Shown in pieces: positions 38,276 to 48,903 of a stretch of 64,000 nt of DNA; position 1 is the first letter of the stretch, and every line of letters begins with the position of its first letter. A program made the translations under genes and the position numbers. Source of the stretch: an uncultured Chloroflexia bacterium (GTDB lineage Bacteria > Chloroflexota > Limnocylindria > Limnocylindrales > CSP1-4); assembly GCA_963713975.1 (NCBI GenBank), contig OY970218.1, positions 3,072,001 through 3,136,000 on the forward strand, given 5' to 3'. The notes below the pieces were generated by a model. That model was given only the letters and a program-made list of their open reading frames with translations, did no database searches and was not told where the DNA came from.

Positions 38276-38904
38276 CCCTTGCCCGTCCCCTTGTTCGAGC
38301 CCTTGTTCGAGCCCTTGCTCGTCCCCTTGTGCGTCCCCCGCCCCCGGTCGGGCGGTCGCGAGGTGCCGCCACGGCCGGATCGCGGTCCGCCGGTGCCGCG
38401 CCGGGTCGAAGGACGATGAGCCACTGGCGCGGGCGGGATCGCGATCGCCTCGATGCCCTCCCCTGCCCCGGCATCAGACGGAGGCTCGGCGTCCCCCTCG
38501 TGAGGGAGGCGCCTGACCGGCGTCGGCAGGGACTCGTTGAAGGGGGTGACCTCCTGCGGATCCACGCCTGATTCCAGCTCCGTGAGCAGGTGGAGGACGC
38601 GGGTGCCCCGCTCGGCGGAGTCGTCGAGGTGGATGTGGAGCGCCGGGATGCGCTTGATCCGAAGGCGCTTGCCCAGCTCGTGGCGCACGTAGCCCATCGA
38701 TGCCTGGAGGGCACGCACCGTCTCCACCCGATCGCTCTTGCCGCCGATCACGCTGACCCAGACCTTCGCGTGGCGAAGATCGGGCGACGTCTCCACGTCG
38801 GTGATCGTCGCGAACCCGATCCGGGGGTCGGCGAGGTCCTTGGCAAGGAGCGCCCCGATCTCCTGGCGCAGGAGCTCGTCGACGCGATCTGTTCGCTGGC
38901 TCAT
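38272..38904 (-). CDS. rbfA: Ribosome-binding factor A with long C-terminal extension
   Basis: MSQRTDRV...DPRIGF.TITDVETSPDLRHAKV...IPALHIHLDDS. ATG at 38904. Confidence 0.93.
   Translation of the reverse strand: MSQRTDRVDELLRQEIGALLAKDLADPRIGFATITDVETSPDLRHAKVWVSVIGGKSDRVETVRALQASMGYVRHELGKRLRIKRIPALHIHLDDSAERGTRVLHLLTELESGVDPQEVTPFNESLPTPVRRLPHEGDAEPPSDAGAGEGIEAIAIPPAPVAHRPSTRRGTGGPRSGRGGTSRPPDRGRGTHKGTSKGSNKGSNKGTGKG
38276..38335. repeat. 5 x 12-bp imperfect tandem repeat (KGxx units) at the rbfA 3' end
   Basis: cccttgcccgtc/cccttgttcgag/cccttgttcgag/cccttgctcgtc/cccttgtgcgtc. Confidence 0.8.
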
Positions 38905-38989
38905 CGAAGTGTCCGCAACCTCAGCGTCGCTCGCCGGCGCACCCCGGGGCATCCGGGGCAGCCGGCGTCGTCGCCATTGGCCACGGGCC

Positions 38990-40900
38990 TCAGCCGGTGA
39001 CCCGGCTGCGGGTCTGGTTGGTGAAGCACTCGAGGATGTCGCCCTCGGCCAGGTCGTTGTACCCGGACAGGCCGATGCCGCACTCGAAGTTGGCCGCGAC
39101 CTCCCGGACGTCGTCCCGGAAGCGACGGAGCGAGTCCATCTTGTCCGTGGCGACGATCTTCCCGCCACGCCAGACGCGCACCCCACCGGAGCGCACGATG
39201 CGCCCGTCCGTGACGTAGCACCCGGCGATGACCGTGCTCTTGCCCACCTTGAAGATCTGGCGGACCTCCGCGCGGCCCTCGATGACCTCCACGATCTCCG
39301 GCTCGAGCATGCCCTTGAGGGCCGCATCGATGTCGTCCGTGAGCTTGTAGATGATGTCGTAGCGCCGGACGTCGACGCCCTCGGCCTCGGCGGCCCGGCG
39401 GGCGGTGTCCGTGATCCCGGTCGAGAAGCCGACGACGATCGCATTCGACGCCGTCGCGAGCATGATGTCGTTGTCGGTGATGTCGCCCGCGGCCTCGAGC
39501 AGGACGTTGATCTTGACCTCGTCCGAGTTGAGCTGCTCCAGCGCCTGGGTGATCGCGCCGAGCGAGCCCGAGACATCGGTCTTGAGGATGATCCGCAGCT
39601 CCTTGGCCTGGCCGGCCTGGATCTGCTTGTAGAGGTCCTCGAGGGTTGCGCGGCCCGAGCCTGCGCCGGCCTGGGCGGCAGCCGCGTTCTTGCGGGCCTC
39701 GACCTGATTGCGGGCGATCATGACGTCCGGCACGACGCGCAGGACGTCGCCGGCCTCGGGGACCTCGGACAGGCCGAGGATGACGGCCGCCGTGGCCGGA
39801 CCGGCCTTCGTGATCCGCTTGCCCAACGAGTTCTCGAGGGCCTTGATCTTGCCGAAGGTGTTGCCGGCGACGACGACGTTGCCGACCCGGAGCGTGCCGG
39901 TCTGGACGATGATGGTCGCGACGGCGCCGCGGCCCTTGTCGAGGCGGGCCTCGATGACCGTCCCGATGGCGTCGCGCTTGGGGTTCGCCTTGAGCTCCTG
40001 GAGGTCCGCCACCAGCAGGATGATCTCAAGCAGCTCCTCGATGCCGACGCGGGTCTTGGCCGACACGGGCACGAGGGGCGTGTCGCCGCCGTAGTCCTCG
40101 ACCACGACGCCGGCCTCGGCGAGCTCGGTCTTGACCCGGTCCGTGTTGGCGTCGGGCTTGTCGATCTTGTTCATCGCGATGACGAGCGGCACCTTCGCCG
40201 CCTTCGCGTGGCTGATGGCCTCCAGCGTCTGGGGCATCACGCCGTCGTCCGCCGCGACGACGATCACCGCGATGTCGGTGACCTTCGCCCCGCGGGCGCG
40301 CATCGAGGTGAACGCCTCGTGGCCCGGGGTGTCCAGGAAGACGAGCCGCTTGCCGTCCTTCGTGGTGACCTCGGAGGCGCCGATGTGCTGGGTGATGCCG
40401 CCGCGCTCCCCGGCCGCGACCGTGGTGGAGCGGATGGCGTCCAGCAGGCTCGTCTTGCCGTGGTCGACGTGGCCCATCACCGTGACGATCGGGGCACGCG
40501 GGACGAGGTCCGCCTCGTCCTCCGTCGCGTCGTCCCAGAGCTGCTCCTTGGCGGCCTCGGCGGGCACCCCGGCGCCCTCGGCCTCCTCGTCGTCGGTGAC
40601 AGCGGTGGCCTCCGCCACCTCGTAGCCGAGCTCCTCGGCCACCAGCGAGGCCGTATCGCGGTCGATCAGCTGGTTGATGGTCGCGAAGATGCCGCTCTTG
40701 ATGAGCTCGCGGATGATGTCCGCGGGGCTCACGGTCAGCAGCTCCGCGAGGTCCTTGACGGTGATCGTGGACGGCAGCTCGATCGGGCCACGCTCACTCG
40801 GGTCCACGACCGCAACGCTGCCCGGCGTGAACGCTCCGGTACGACGCGGGGGCTTGCGAGGGCCGCGACGGCCGCGCGTGCCGCTCCTACTCCTGGCCAT
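38990..40900 (-). CDS. infB: Translation initiation factor IF-2
   Basis: [34 protein letters not shown]. Confidence 0.97.
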   Translation of the reverse strand: MARSRSGTRGRRGPRKPPRRTGAFTPGSVAVVDPSERGPIELPSTITVKDLAELLTVSPADIIRELIKSGIFATINQLIDRDTASLVAEELGYEVAEATAVTDDEEAEGAGVPAEAAKEQLWDDATEDEADLVPRAPIVTVMGHVDHGKTSLLDAIRSTTVAAGERGGITQHIGASEVTTKDGKRLVFLDTPGHEAFTSMRARGAKVTDIAVIVVAADDGVMPQTLEAISHAKAAKVPLVIAMNKIDKPDANTDRVKTELAEAGVVVEDYGGDTPLVPVSAKTRVGIEELLEIILLVADLQELKANPKRDAIGTVIEARLDKGRGAVATIIVQTGTLRVGNVVVAGNTFGKIKALENSLGKRITKAGPATAAVILGLSEVPEAGDVLRVVPDVMIARNQVEARKNAAAAQAGAGSGRATLEDLYKQIQAGQAKELRIILKTDVSGSLGAITQALEQLNSDEVKINVLLEAAGDITDNDIMLATASNAIVVGFSTGITDTARRAAEAEGVDVRRYDIIYKLTDDIDAALKGMLEPEIVEVIEGRAEVRQIFKVGKSTVIAGCYVTDGRIVRSGGVRVWRGGKIVATDKMDSLRRFRDDVREVAANFECGIGLSGYNDLAEGDILECFTNQTRSRVTG

Positions 40901-41237
40901 GGGCTCCTCCTTCGGTGGTGTCGGTGTCAGGGTCGGGGTTTGATGTCGTTGGGCCGGCGGCGAGCGCGGTGACGAGGTCGTCGGGGAGCGCGACCTTCAG
41001 GGCGTGCTCGATGGCGCGCTTCCGGCGCGCGGTGTCCCAGCACGCCTCGGATCGGCAGAGGTAGGCGCCGCGGCCGGACATGCGCCCGGTCGGGTCGATG
41101 GTGACGGCCCCTTCGGGCGTGCGCACGACACGCACGAGGTCTCGCTTCGGCCGTGGCGTGCGGCAGGCAACACAGCTCCGCTCCGGGAGCCGTCGCGGCG
41201 GGGTGGTCCGGGCTCGCCCGGCGGATGCCGCGCCTAC
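40887..41237 (-). CDS. ylxR: YlxR/RnpM family protein (start codon uncertain, possibly GTA)
   Basis: PERSCVACR..RPKRDLVRVVRTPEG...GRGAYLC; lies between nusA and infB. Confidence 0.88.
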   Translation of the reverse strand, partial: VGAASAGRARTTPPRRLPERSCVACRTPRPKRDLVRVVRTPEGAVTIDPTGRMSGRGAYLCRSEACWDTARRKRAIEHALKVALPDDLVTALAAGPTTSNPDPDTDTTEGGAHGQE

Positions 41238-42556
41238 GACGACACCTCCTCGGATGGCTTCTTGCGGCTCCGCTTGGGGGCCTTCGGGGCCTCCGCGGCC
41301 ACGGCCGCCTCAGCGGGAGCCTCGGCAGGCACGTCCGCATGGACCTCTGGCGCAGGCGCCTGGTCCGTGGCCTCGACCGGCTCCGGCTGGGACTCCGGCG
41401 CAACCACGGCCTCCGGCTCGACCGCGGCGTCCGCCGGTGCGGAATCCGGCTCGACGGCAGCCTCCGGTGTGGGCTCGGGATCCACCTCGGCCTGCTCCGC
41501 GAGTGTGGCCGCTGCCTCGGCGACGGACACGTCGCTCCGGATGTCGATCCGCCAGCCCGTCAGCCGCGCCGCCAGGCGCGCGTTCTGTCCTTCGCGGCCG
41601 ATGGCCAGCGAGAGCATCCGCTCGGGGACGGTCACGTTCGCGATCCGGTGCTCCTCGTCGATGTCGACGCCCAGGACCTGGGCCGGCGACAGGGCGTTGG
41701 CAACGAACACGGACGCATCCTCGTTCCACGGGATCACGTCGATCTTCTCGCCGGCGAGCTCCGCCACCACGGCCTGGACCCGCGTGCCGCGCTGGCCGAC
41801 CGTCGCCCCGACCGGATCGAGACCGTCCTGGCGCGACGCCACGGCGACCTTGGACCGCGAGCCGGCCTCACGGGCGATGGCCTTGATCTCGACGGTCCCG
41901 GCGTGGATCTCGGGGACCTCGAGCTCGAACAGGCGGCGCAGGAACCCCTTGTGGGTGCGCGACACCATGACCTGGGGACCGCGGGCGGAGCGGCGGACCT
42001 CCAGCACGAAGGCCTTCACGGGCTGGCCGATCCGGTAGTGCTCGAGCGGGCTCTGCTCGGTCGTCTGGAGGACGGCCTCGTCCCCCTTGCCGACGTCGAG
42101 GATGATCGCGCGGGGCTCGACCCGGCTCACGGATCCGGTGATGAGCTCGCCCTCACGGGCGGCAAGCTGGTCGAACCGCTGGTCGCGCTCGACCTCGCGC
42201 ATCCGCTGGAGGATGATCTGCTTCGCCGTCTGGGCGCCGATCCGTCCGAAGTGCTCGGCATCAAGCTGCTCGAGCTCGATCACCCCGCCGGCAGCGACAT
42301 CGGGGTGCGACGCCTGCGCCTCCTCGACGGTCACCTCGACCATCGGGTCCTCGACCTCGTCGACGACGTAGCGACCCCGGAAGACACGGATCTCACCGGT
42401 CGCGGGCTCGATCCGGACGAAGATGTCCTCTTCGGCCGCGACGCGCCGGTAGGCAGCCTGGATCCCCTCCTCGACCGCGCGGATCAGGGCCTCCTGGGGC
42501 ACCTGCTTCTCGGCGTTGAGCTGGAGCAGCGCACCGACGAAGTCACGACTCATCAT
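41234..42556 (-). CDS. nusA: Transcription termination/antitermination factor NusA
   Basis: FGRIGAQTAKQ, LFELEVPEI, AREAGSRSK, LAIGREGQNARLAARLTGW; acidic C-terminal tail. ATG at 42556. Confidence 0.97.
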   Translation of the reverse strand: MMSRDFVGALLQLNAEKQVPQEALIRAVEEGIQAAYRRVAAEEDIFVRIEPATGEIRVFRGRYVVDEVEDPMVEVTVEEAQASHPDVAAGGVIELEQLDAEHFGRIGAQTAKQIILQRMREVERDQRFDQLAAREGELITGSVSRVEPRAIILDVGKGDEAVLQTTEQSPLEHYRIGQPVKAFVLEVRRSARGPQVMVSRTHKGFLRRLFELEVPEIHAGTVEIKAIAREAGSRSKVAVASRQDGLDPVGATVGQRGTRVQAVVAELAGEKIDVIPWNEDASVFVANALSPAQVLGVDIDEEHRIANVTVPERMLSLAIGREGQNARLAARLTGWRIDIRSDVSVAEAAATLAEQAEVDPEPTPEAAVEPDSAPADAAVEPEAVVAPESQPEPVEATDQAPAPEVHADVPAEAPAEAAVAAEAPKAPKRSRKKPSEEVSS

Positions 42557-42596
42557 GCGCCTCCCATGCTGACGGTCCTCGAGGCCCGCTTCCACA

Positions 42597-42659
42597 CAAA
42601 GAAACGTGGGCTGGTCACCCACGCTCGAAGGCGGCCTCTCTGAATTGGCCGCGAGTATA
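42597..42659 (-). promoter_or_regulatory. nusA operon promoter (-10 TATACT, 42654-42659) and leader terminator/attenuator
   Basis: Minus strand reads CGTGGG-tgaccag-CCCACG-TTTCTTT between the -10 box and the nusA start; resembles the rimP-nusA-infB leader attenuator. Confidence 0.65.
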
Positions 42660-42797
42660 CACCCGGACCCGTGGACGCCTCCCGGAGGGCGAGTCAGGGT
42701 ACCGTCAATCCAAGCGCCAGCAAGCCACCCGGGACGAGGCCCAGATGTCGTTCGAGATCCACCAGCATCGTGTGCTGGAGGACCCGGAGGGACGGAC

Positions 42798-42995
42798 ATG
42801 ATCGACCAACAGGACGAGGGCGATCGACCCTCGAACTCAGAACCGGTGACCGAGGACCCGGTGACCACGCGGGACCGGGTGTGGGGCTGGGTGGTGGTCG
42901 TCGGCGTGACGGTCACCTTGGTCGCGGGCAGCATCTGGATCCTGACCAACATCTTCCTCGGGCCCTGCTGCACGAGACCCGCGCCGGGCTACTAG
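42798..42995 (+). CDS. Small (65 aa) single-pass membrane protein
   Basis: ATG after GGAGGGA; acidic N-terminus, [29 protein letters not shown], then [11 protein letters not shown]. Confidence 0.5.
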   Translation: MIDQQDEGDRPSNSEPVTEDPVTTRDRVWGWVVVVGVTVTLVAGSIWILTNIFLGPCCTRPAPGY

Positions 42996-44251
42996 TCCCC
43001 TGCTCGCCCGTACCGCCGGTCCACGTACGCCTCAAGCAGGTCGATGAACTCGGCCACGATCGCGTCCCCCCGGAGCGTCCGGTCCAGCTTCCCATCGACG
43101 AACACCGGCGCGACCGGCGCCTCGAACGTGCCCGGCAGGCTGATCCCGATGTCCGCGTGCTTCGACTCGCCCGGGCCGTTGACCACGCAGCCCATGACCG
43201 CGACCTTGAGCTCCTCCACACCCGGGTGGGTCTCCCGCCAGGACGGCATGCGGGTCTTGATGTGGTCCGTGATGTCGCGGGCCATCTCCTGGAAGAACGT
43301 GGAGGTCGTGCGGCCGCAGCCCGGACAGGCGGACACCTGGGGCAGGAACGAGCGCAGGCCCATGGACTGGAGCACCTGCTGGGCGACCTCGACCTCGAGC
43401 TCCCGGCCCGCGCCCGGCTCGGGGGTGAGCGAGACCCGGATCGTGTCGCCGATCCCCTCGTTGAGCAGGATCGCGAGGCCGGCCGTCGAGGCGACGATCC
43501 CCTTCATCCCCATCCCGGCCTCGGTCAGGCCCAGGTGGAGCGGGTAGTCCGAGCGTGGCGCCAGGCGCCGGTACGTGTCCACCAGATCGCGCACCCCGGA
43601 CACCTTGGCCGAGATGATGATCCGGTCGTGGCGGAGGCCCGTCTGCTCGGCCAGGTCCGCGGAACGCATCGCGGACTCGATCATCGCGTCGATCATCACG
43701 TCCCGGGCATCGCGCGGCTCCGCGCTGCGGGCGTTGGCCTCCATCAGGTCCGTGAGCAGCTGCTGGTCCAGCGAGCCCCAGTTGACCCCGATCCGGACCG
43801 GCTTGTCGTGCTCCACCGCCGCGCGAACGATGGTCGCGAAGTTGGCGTCGTGGTACTTGCCGCCCACGTTGCCGGGGTTGATCCGGAACTTGGCGAGCGA
43901 GGCGGCCATCTCCGGGTACTCGACCAACAGCTTGTGGCCGTTGTAGTGGAAGTCCCCGATGACCGGGACATCGACGCCAAGGTTGTCGCGCAGCTTGCGG
44001 ATCATGGCCGGAACGGCGGCCGCGGCCGTCTCCGTGTTGACCGTCACGCGGACGAGCTGGGAACCCGCGTGCGCGAGCCTCGCGACCTGCAGGGCGGTGC
44101 CGTCCGGGTCGGCGGTGTCCGTGTTGGTCATGGACTGGACGACGACCGGGTGGGCGGACCCGACGAGGACACCACCCACGTCCACCGAGACGGTGGGCCT
44201 CCGTACTGGCCGGAGTGCGTCGGGCGGGGTCACGGCATCGGGCGAGGTCAC
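42992..44251 (-). CDS. ispG: HMBPP synthase
   Basis: [54 protein letters not shown]. Confidence 0.97.
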   Translation of the reverse strand: MTSPDAVTPPDALRPVRRPTVSVDVGGVLVGSAHPVVVQSMTNTDTADPDGTALQVARLAHAGSQLVRVTVNTETAAAAVPAMIRKLRDNLGVDVPVIGDFHYNGHKLLVEYPEMAASLAKFRINPGNVGGKYHDANFATIVRAAVEHDKPVRIGVNWGSLDQQLLTDLMEANARSAEPRDARDVMIDAMIESAMRSADLAEQTGLRHDRIIISAKVSGVRDLVDTYRRLAPRSDYPLHLGLTEAGMGMKGIVASTAGLAILLNEGIGDTIRVSLTPEPGAGRELEVEVAQQVLQSMGLRSFLPQVSACPGCGRTTSTFFQEMARDITDHIKTRMPSWRETHPGVEELKVAVMGCVVNGPGESKHADIGISLPGTFEAPVAPVFVDGKLDRTLRGDAIVAEFIDLLEAYVDRRYGRAGD

Positions 44252-45489
44252 GGCGTGCCGCCACCCACCTGCCGCACGACGTCGAACACGGTGATCCAGA
44301 TCAGGAACGTGAACAGCGCCACGAACCCGATCGCGTACGTCAGCTGCTCCGCGCGCAGGGAGATCTTCCGCCCATAGCGCGGGATCGCCTTGAGCAGCAG
44401 CATCAGCATCCGTCCCCCGTCGAGCGGCGGGAACGGCAGGATGTTGACCAGGGCCAGGTTCGCGGACAGGATGCCGGCCACGTAGAGGGTCATGATGGGT
44501 CCGCCGGTGCGGAAGACGTCGCCCAGCGAGGTCGCGATGCCGACCGGCCCGGAGACCGGCGGCGCGGCGGTCGGATCGCTGGCGATCGAGCCGACGAGGC
44601 TGCCGAGCCCCTCGAGGATCAGGCCGAACCAGCGCACGGTCTCGGCGGCGCCGATGCGGGCCGCCTCGCCCAGCGAGCGCCCGGTGGTCCCGCCGGGGAA
44701 CACCGACTCGAACCCGCCCTCGCCCGCCCGGATCCCGAGCGCGCCCTTGCCGGCGTCGATCTCCTCCTGGGTGCGCAGGGTGACCACCACGTCGGCCTCG
44801 GTGCCGTCCGGGTAGAGGACGCCGACGGTCACGGTCCTGCCGGCGTTCTCGCGCAACCCGTCGATGACAGACGCGCCGTTGTAGAGGCTGAAGAAGTCGT
44901 AGCGCTGGCCGTCGATGCTCACGATGGCCTGACCCCCCTCGAGCCCGGCGGCAGCCGCGGGAGACCCCGATTCCACCGTTTCGAACTTGAGGCCGATGAG
45001 CGGCGTGGCCAGCCAGGCGATCGCGGTGAAGATGGCGAAGGCAAGCAGGAGGTTCATCAGGACGCCGGCGACGAGGATGCCCTGCTTGACGGCGAGTCGG
45101 GCCCGGCCGAACGAGCGCGGGTCATAGCTCTCTCCGCCGTTCTCGTCCTCGAGCTTGACGAACCCGCCGATGGGCAGCCAGTTGAGCGTGTACTCCGTCC
45201 CGGGCGGGATCTCCGGCGTCTCGAGCACCGCCTCGTGGGCCGCCTCGTCATCGCGGGTGGCCGCGAGCGCCTGCTCCCGCGCGGCAGCATAAGCCGCGGT
45301 ATCGGTGGCGGACACCCCGCCCCGGCCCAGGCTCCTGGCCCTGGGCGGGAAGCCGACGCCGAACTCCAGCACGCGTATGCGCGCGAGGCGGGCGGTGATG
45401 AAGTGGCCCAGCTCGTGGAACAGGACGATCCCGCCCAGCACCACGATGAACAACAGGATCGTGGTGAGCGTGTCGATGATGGTGCTCAC
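44248..45489 (-). CDS. rseP: RIP metalloprotease (M50, PDZ)
   Basis: [33 protein letters not shown]. Confidence 0.92.
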   Translation of the reverse strand: MSTIIDTLTTILLFIVVLGGIVLFHELGHFITARLARIRVLEFGVGFPPRARSLGRGGVSATDTAAYAAAREQALAATRDDEAAHEAVLETPEIPPGTEYTLNWLPIGGFVKLEDENGGESYDPRSFGRARLAVKQGILVAGVLMNLLLAFAIFTAIAWLATPLIGLKFETVESGSPAAAAGLEGGQAIVSIDGQRYDFFSLYNGASVIDGLRENAGRTVTVGVLYPDGTEADVVVTLRTQEEIDAGKGALGIRAGEGGFESVFPGGTTGRSLGEAARIGAAETVRWFGLILEGLGSLVGSIASDPTAAPPVSGPVGIATSLGDVFRTGGPIMTLYVAGILSANLALVNILPFPPLDGGRMLMLLLKAIPRYGRKISLRAEQLTYAIGFVALFTFLIWITVFDVVRQVGGGTP

Positions 45490-46703
45490 GCGGAACCTCC
45501 AGGGGAGCCCGCGGCGAAGCAGGCACGGACCTCGAGGTCCAGCTCGACGAGCGCGGGCACGTCAGGCGCCTGGTCGGGACCCTCGCCGAAGCGGCGCACG
45601 GCCGCCTCCAGGAGGCGCGGGATACCCGGGAAATCGAGGGTCCGATCGAGGAAGCGGGACACCGCCACCTCGTCGGCAGCGATCAGCGCCGCGGACGCGC
45701 GACTGCCGATGCGGCCCGCATCGCGGGCGATCCGGAGGGCCGGGAAGCGGGCCTCGTCGGGGGCACGGAAGTCGAGCCGGGCGGCGCCCACCAGGTCTGG
45801 CGGGGTCGTCGGGGACGGCAGACGATCCGGGTAGGTCAGGGCGTACTGGATGGGAAGGCGCATGTCGGGTGTGCCCAGCTGGGCCTTGAGGGAGCCATCG
45901 ACGAACAGGACGGCGGAGTGGACGACGCTCTGCGGATGCACGACCACGTCGATGGCGTCGTAGCCGACATCGTACAGCCAGTGCGCCTCGATGACCTCCA
46001 GGCCCTTGTTGACGAGCGTGGCGGAGTCGACGGTGATCTTGGCGCCCATGGTCCAGGTCGGGTGCCTGAGGGCCTGCTCCGGGGTCACGCTCGCAAGCTG
46101 CGCGGGCGTCGCATCGATGAACGGCCCCCCGGAGGCAGTGAGCACGAGGCGCGCGATCCCGGCCTTCGGCTCTCCGACCAGGCACTGCCAGATGGCAGAG
46201 TGCTCGGAATCGATCGGCCGGAGCCAGGCGAGCGGTGTCGCGAGCGGGTCGGCAGCATCGGCGGCGGCCCTCGCGGCCGCCTGCGCAACGGCCTCCGCCA
46301 TCACCAGGTGGCCGCCGGCGACGAGCGTCTCCTTGTTGGCGGTCGCGACGACCTTGCCCGCTCGCAGGGCCGCGAGGGTCGGGCGCAGCGACACCACGCC
46401 GCCGGTTCCGATGATCACGAGATCGACGTCGTCCCGGGTGGCGAGGTCGATGAGGGCGTCCGCTCCGCGGACGCGGACCGTTCCAGGCGGCAGGTCCAGG
46501 GCGGAAGAATCATCGGCGAGGGCTACCGCGTCGGGTCGGAGGCGCCGTGCCTGGCGCTCGAGCTCGGGGCCGTTGCGGCCGGCCGCGATCGCCACCACGC
46601 GGAACCGGTCCGGGTAGCCCTCGAGGACCTCGACCGCCTGGCGGCCGATGCTTCCCGTCGAGCCCAGCAGCGCAACGCCCAGGCGACGACCGTCAGCGAA
46701 CAA
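45486..46703 (-). CDS. dxr: 1-deoxy-D-xylulose 5-phosphate reductoisomerase
   Basis: LLGSTGSIG, ANKETLV, PIDSEHSAI, LTASGGPF, HPTWTMGAKITVDSAT. Start taken as TTG 46703. Confidence 0.95.
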   Translation of the reverse strand: MFADGRRLGVALLGSTGSIGRQAVEVLEGYPDRFRVVAIAAGRNGPELERQARRLRPDAVALADDSSALDLPPGTVRVRGADALIDLATRDDVDLVIIGTGGVVSLRPTLAALRAGKVVATANKETLVAGGHLVMAEAVAQAAARAAADAADPLATPLAWLRPIDSEHSAIWQCLVGEPKAGIARLVLTASGGPFIDATPAQLASVTPEQALRHPTWTMGAKITVDSATLVNKGLEVIEAHWLYDVGYDAIDVVVHPQSVVHSAVLFVDGSLKAQLGTPDMRLPIQYALTYPDRLPSPTTPPDLVGAARLDFRAPDEARFPALRIARDAGRIGSRASAALIAADEVAVSRFLDRTLDFPGIPRLLEAAVRRFGEGPDQAPDVPALVELDLEVRACFAAGSPGGSA

Positions 46704-47517
46704 GCGCGACCACGTACAGCGCGACCACGGGACCCGCGAACAGGAACGAGTCGATCCGGTCCAGGATTCCCCCGTGGCCCGGGATGAGCGTCCCCGAGTC
46801 CTTCGCACCGGCGGCTCGCTTGAGCATCGACTCCGCCAGGTCGCCGGCCTGCGCTGAGAGCCCCAGGAGCGGCCCAAGGACCAGGGCTCCCAGGGGCTGC
46901 TGGCCCATGGCCGCCAGCATGAGCATGGTCACGAGGGTCGTCGCCACGAGGCCCCCGACCAGGCCCTCGATGGACTTGGCCGGCGAGATGTGGACGATGA
47001 ACTTGTGGCGGCCGATCTGGCGGCCGACCAGGAACGCGCCCGTGTCGTAGCTCCAGACGCCCAGCACCAGGAGCAGGATCCAGCCACGCTCGGCACCGAT
47101 GGGGGCCAGCACCGAGCCTTCGGGAATGGCGGGTCCGAGCGAGGCGACCAGCAGGATGAACCCGATGAGTCCCACGTACAGCGCACCGAACACGGTGGTG
47201 AACCAGGCGACCAGCCCATCCCGGGGGTCGATGCGCGAGAATGCGCCGACTCCGGCCAGCACGACGCCGACGCCCACCAGCAGCACGCCCGCGTCGCTCG
47301 TCGGGCGGATTGCCGCCACGAGCACGAAGGCCACGGCGAGCGCGGTACCGAACAGGTGGAGCGAGGGGTATCCCGCGGATTTCAGCAGCCGGAACACCTC
47401 GAGTGCCCCCAGCGCGGCGATGAGGACGACGAGTGTCGCGATCGCGGGCAGCCCGATCCAGAGGGCGACGAGCAGGACCGGGACGAGGACCAGGGCCGAG
47501 AGCGCGCGCGTCTTCAA
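46693..47517 (-). CDS. cdsA: Phosphatidate cytidylyltransferase
   Basis: ISPAKSIEG, GDLAESMLKR..GAKDSG.LIPGHGGILDRIDS. TTG start at 47517. Confidence 0.94.
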   Translation of the reverse strand: MKTRALSALVLVPVLLVALWIGLPAIATLVVLIAALGALEVFRLLKSAGYPSLHLFGTALAVAFVLVAAIRPTSDAGVLLVGVGVVLAGVGAFSRIDPRDGLVAWFTTVFGALYVGLIGFILLVASLGPAIPEGSVLAPIGAERGWILLLVLGVWSYDTGAFLVGRQIGRHKFIVHISPAKSIEGLVGGLVATTLVTMLMLAAMGQQPLGALVLGPLLGLSAQAGDLAESMLKRAAGAKDSGTLIPGHGGILDRIDSFLFAGPVVALYVVALVR

Positions 47518-47530
47518 CTCGTCCTCAAGG

Positions 47531-48346
47531 CTAGCGGCCGAAGCGGCGCGTGCGCCGGGCGAACTCGACCAGCGCCGTGTCGAAGGCATCCGGACCGAAG
47601 TCCGGCCAGAGGCAGTCCGTGAACACGAGCTCCGCGTAGGCCGACTGCCAGATCAGGAAGTTGCTGATCCGCTGCTCCCCGCCGGTGCGGATCACGAGAT
47701 CCGGATCGGGCAGCCCGCCTGTGTACAGGGCGTCGCCGATGGCCCGCTCGTCGATCTGCTCGAGGGGGATGCCGGAGGCCATCAGCTGCCGGAACGCATC
47801 CACCAGCTCGGTCCGGCCCGCGTAGTTCCAGGCCACGTTGAGCTGCAGGCGGGTGCCCTCGGCGGTCCGGCCCAGCGCCCCCTCGATCGCCGAACGGGTC
47901 TCCTCGGGGAGCTCGGCGAGCCTGCCCAGCAGGCGGACGCGCACGCCCTGCGCCGCAAGCTCCTCGGTCTCGCTCGCGATGGCCCGGCCCAGCAGGTCGA
48001 ACAGGCCGGCGACCTCGTCGTCCGAGCGTGCCCAGTTCTCGCGGCTGAAGGCATAGAGCGTGAGCATCGGGACACCGCGTCGGACCGCGTGCTCCAGCAG
48101 GCTCCGGACGGCCTCGACACCGGCCGCGTGCCCCTCGAAGTCGCTCGTGCCGTGGGCCCTCGCCCACCGCCGGTTGCCGTCCATGATGATGGCGACGTGA
48201 CGCGGCAGGTCCTCGGGCGACAAGAGCGGCGCATCCACGTCGGGCGCGACGAGTGCCGGCGCCCCCGTCTCGCCCGCGCCGTGGTGGGCGAGCGGCGGGG
48301 CGTCGGTCGGTCGTGCCGGCGTTCGATCAAGCGGCGCCTGGGCCAC
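47531..48346 (-). CDS. uppS: Isoprenyl (undecaprenyl) diphosphate synthase
   Basis: HVAIIMDGNRRWA, YAFSRENW, IRTGGEQRISNFL.WQ, RRFG. Confidence 0.95.
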   Translation of the reverse strand: MAQAPLDRTPARPTDAPPLAHHGAGETGAPALVAPDVDAPLLSPEDLPRHVAIIMDGNRRWARAHGTSDFEGHAAGVEAVRSLLEHAVRRGVPMLTLYAFSRENWARSDDEVAGLFDLLGRAIASETEELAAQGVRVRLLGRLAELPEETRSAIEGALGRTAEGTRLQLNVAWNYAGRTELVDAFRQLMASGIPLEQIDERAIGDALYTGGLPDPDLVIRTGGEQRISNFLIWQSAYAELVFTDCLWPDFGPDAFDTALVEFARRTRRFGR

Positions 48347-48903
48347 TAGACCTCGAGGACCTCCTGCTCCTTGACGGCCCCGAGGCGATCGACGTCATCG
48401 ATGACCCGGTCCGTGATCTTCTGGAGCTGGTCGATCTGCCGGTGCGCCTCGTCGGCGCCCAGCGTGCCGTCCCGCTCCTCCTTCTTGATGGCGTCGTTGG
48501 CATCGCGGCGGAGATGGCGGATCTCGACGCGGGCCTCCTCCATCCGCTTGTGGACGCTCTTGACGATGTCCTTGCGACGCTCTTCGGTCAGCTGCGGGAT
48601 GTTGAGGCGGACGACCGTGCCGTCGACGTTCGGCATGATGCCGATGTCGCTCTTCATGATGGCCTTCTCGATCGCCCCCAGGACACCCCTGTCCCAGGGC
48701 TGGATGACGACCTGGTGGGCCTCCGGAACGCTGATCGACGCGAGCTGGTTGAGCGGGGTCGGAGCGCCGTAGTAGTCGACGAGCAGCCGTTCCACCAGGC
48801 TGGTGGATGCGCGGCCGGTGCGCAGACCCGAGAAGTCGCGCTCCATGGCCTCAACGGCGCGGAGCATCTTGCGCTCCGACTCGGCAAGGATCTCGGTGGT
48901 CAT
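48346..48903 (-). CDS. frr: Ribosome recycling factor
   Basis: [26 protein letters not shown]; 185 aa from ATG 48903. Confidence 0.97.
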   Translation of the reverse strand: MTTEILAESERKMLRAVEAMERDFSGLRTGRASTSLVERLLVDYYGAPTPLNQLASISVPEAHQVVIQPWDRGVLGAIEKAIMKSDIGIMPNVDGTVVRLNIPQLTEERRKDIVKSVHKRMEEARVEIRHLRRDANDAIKKEERDGTLGADEAHRQIDQLQKITDRVIDDVDRLGAVKEQEVLEV

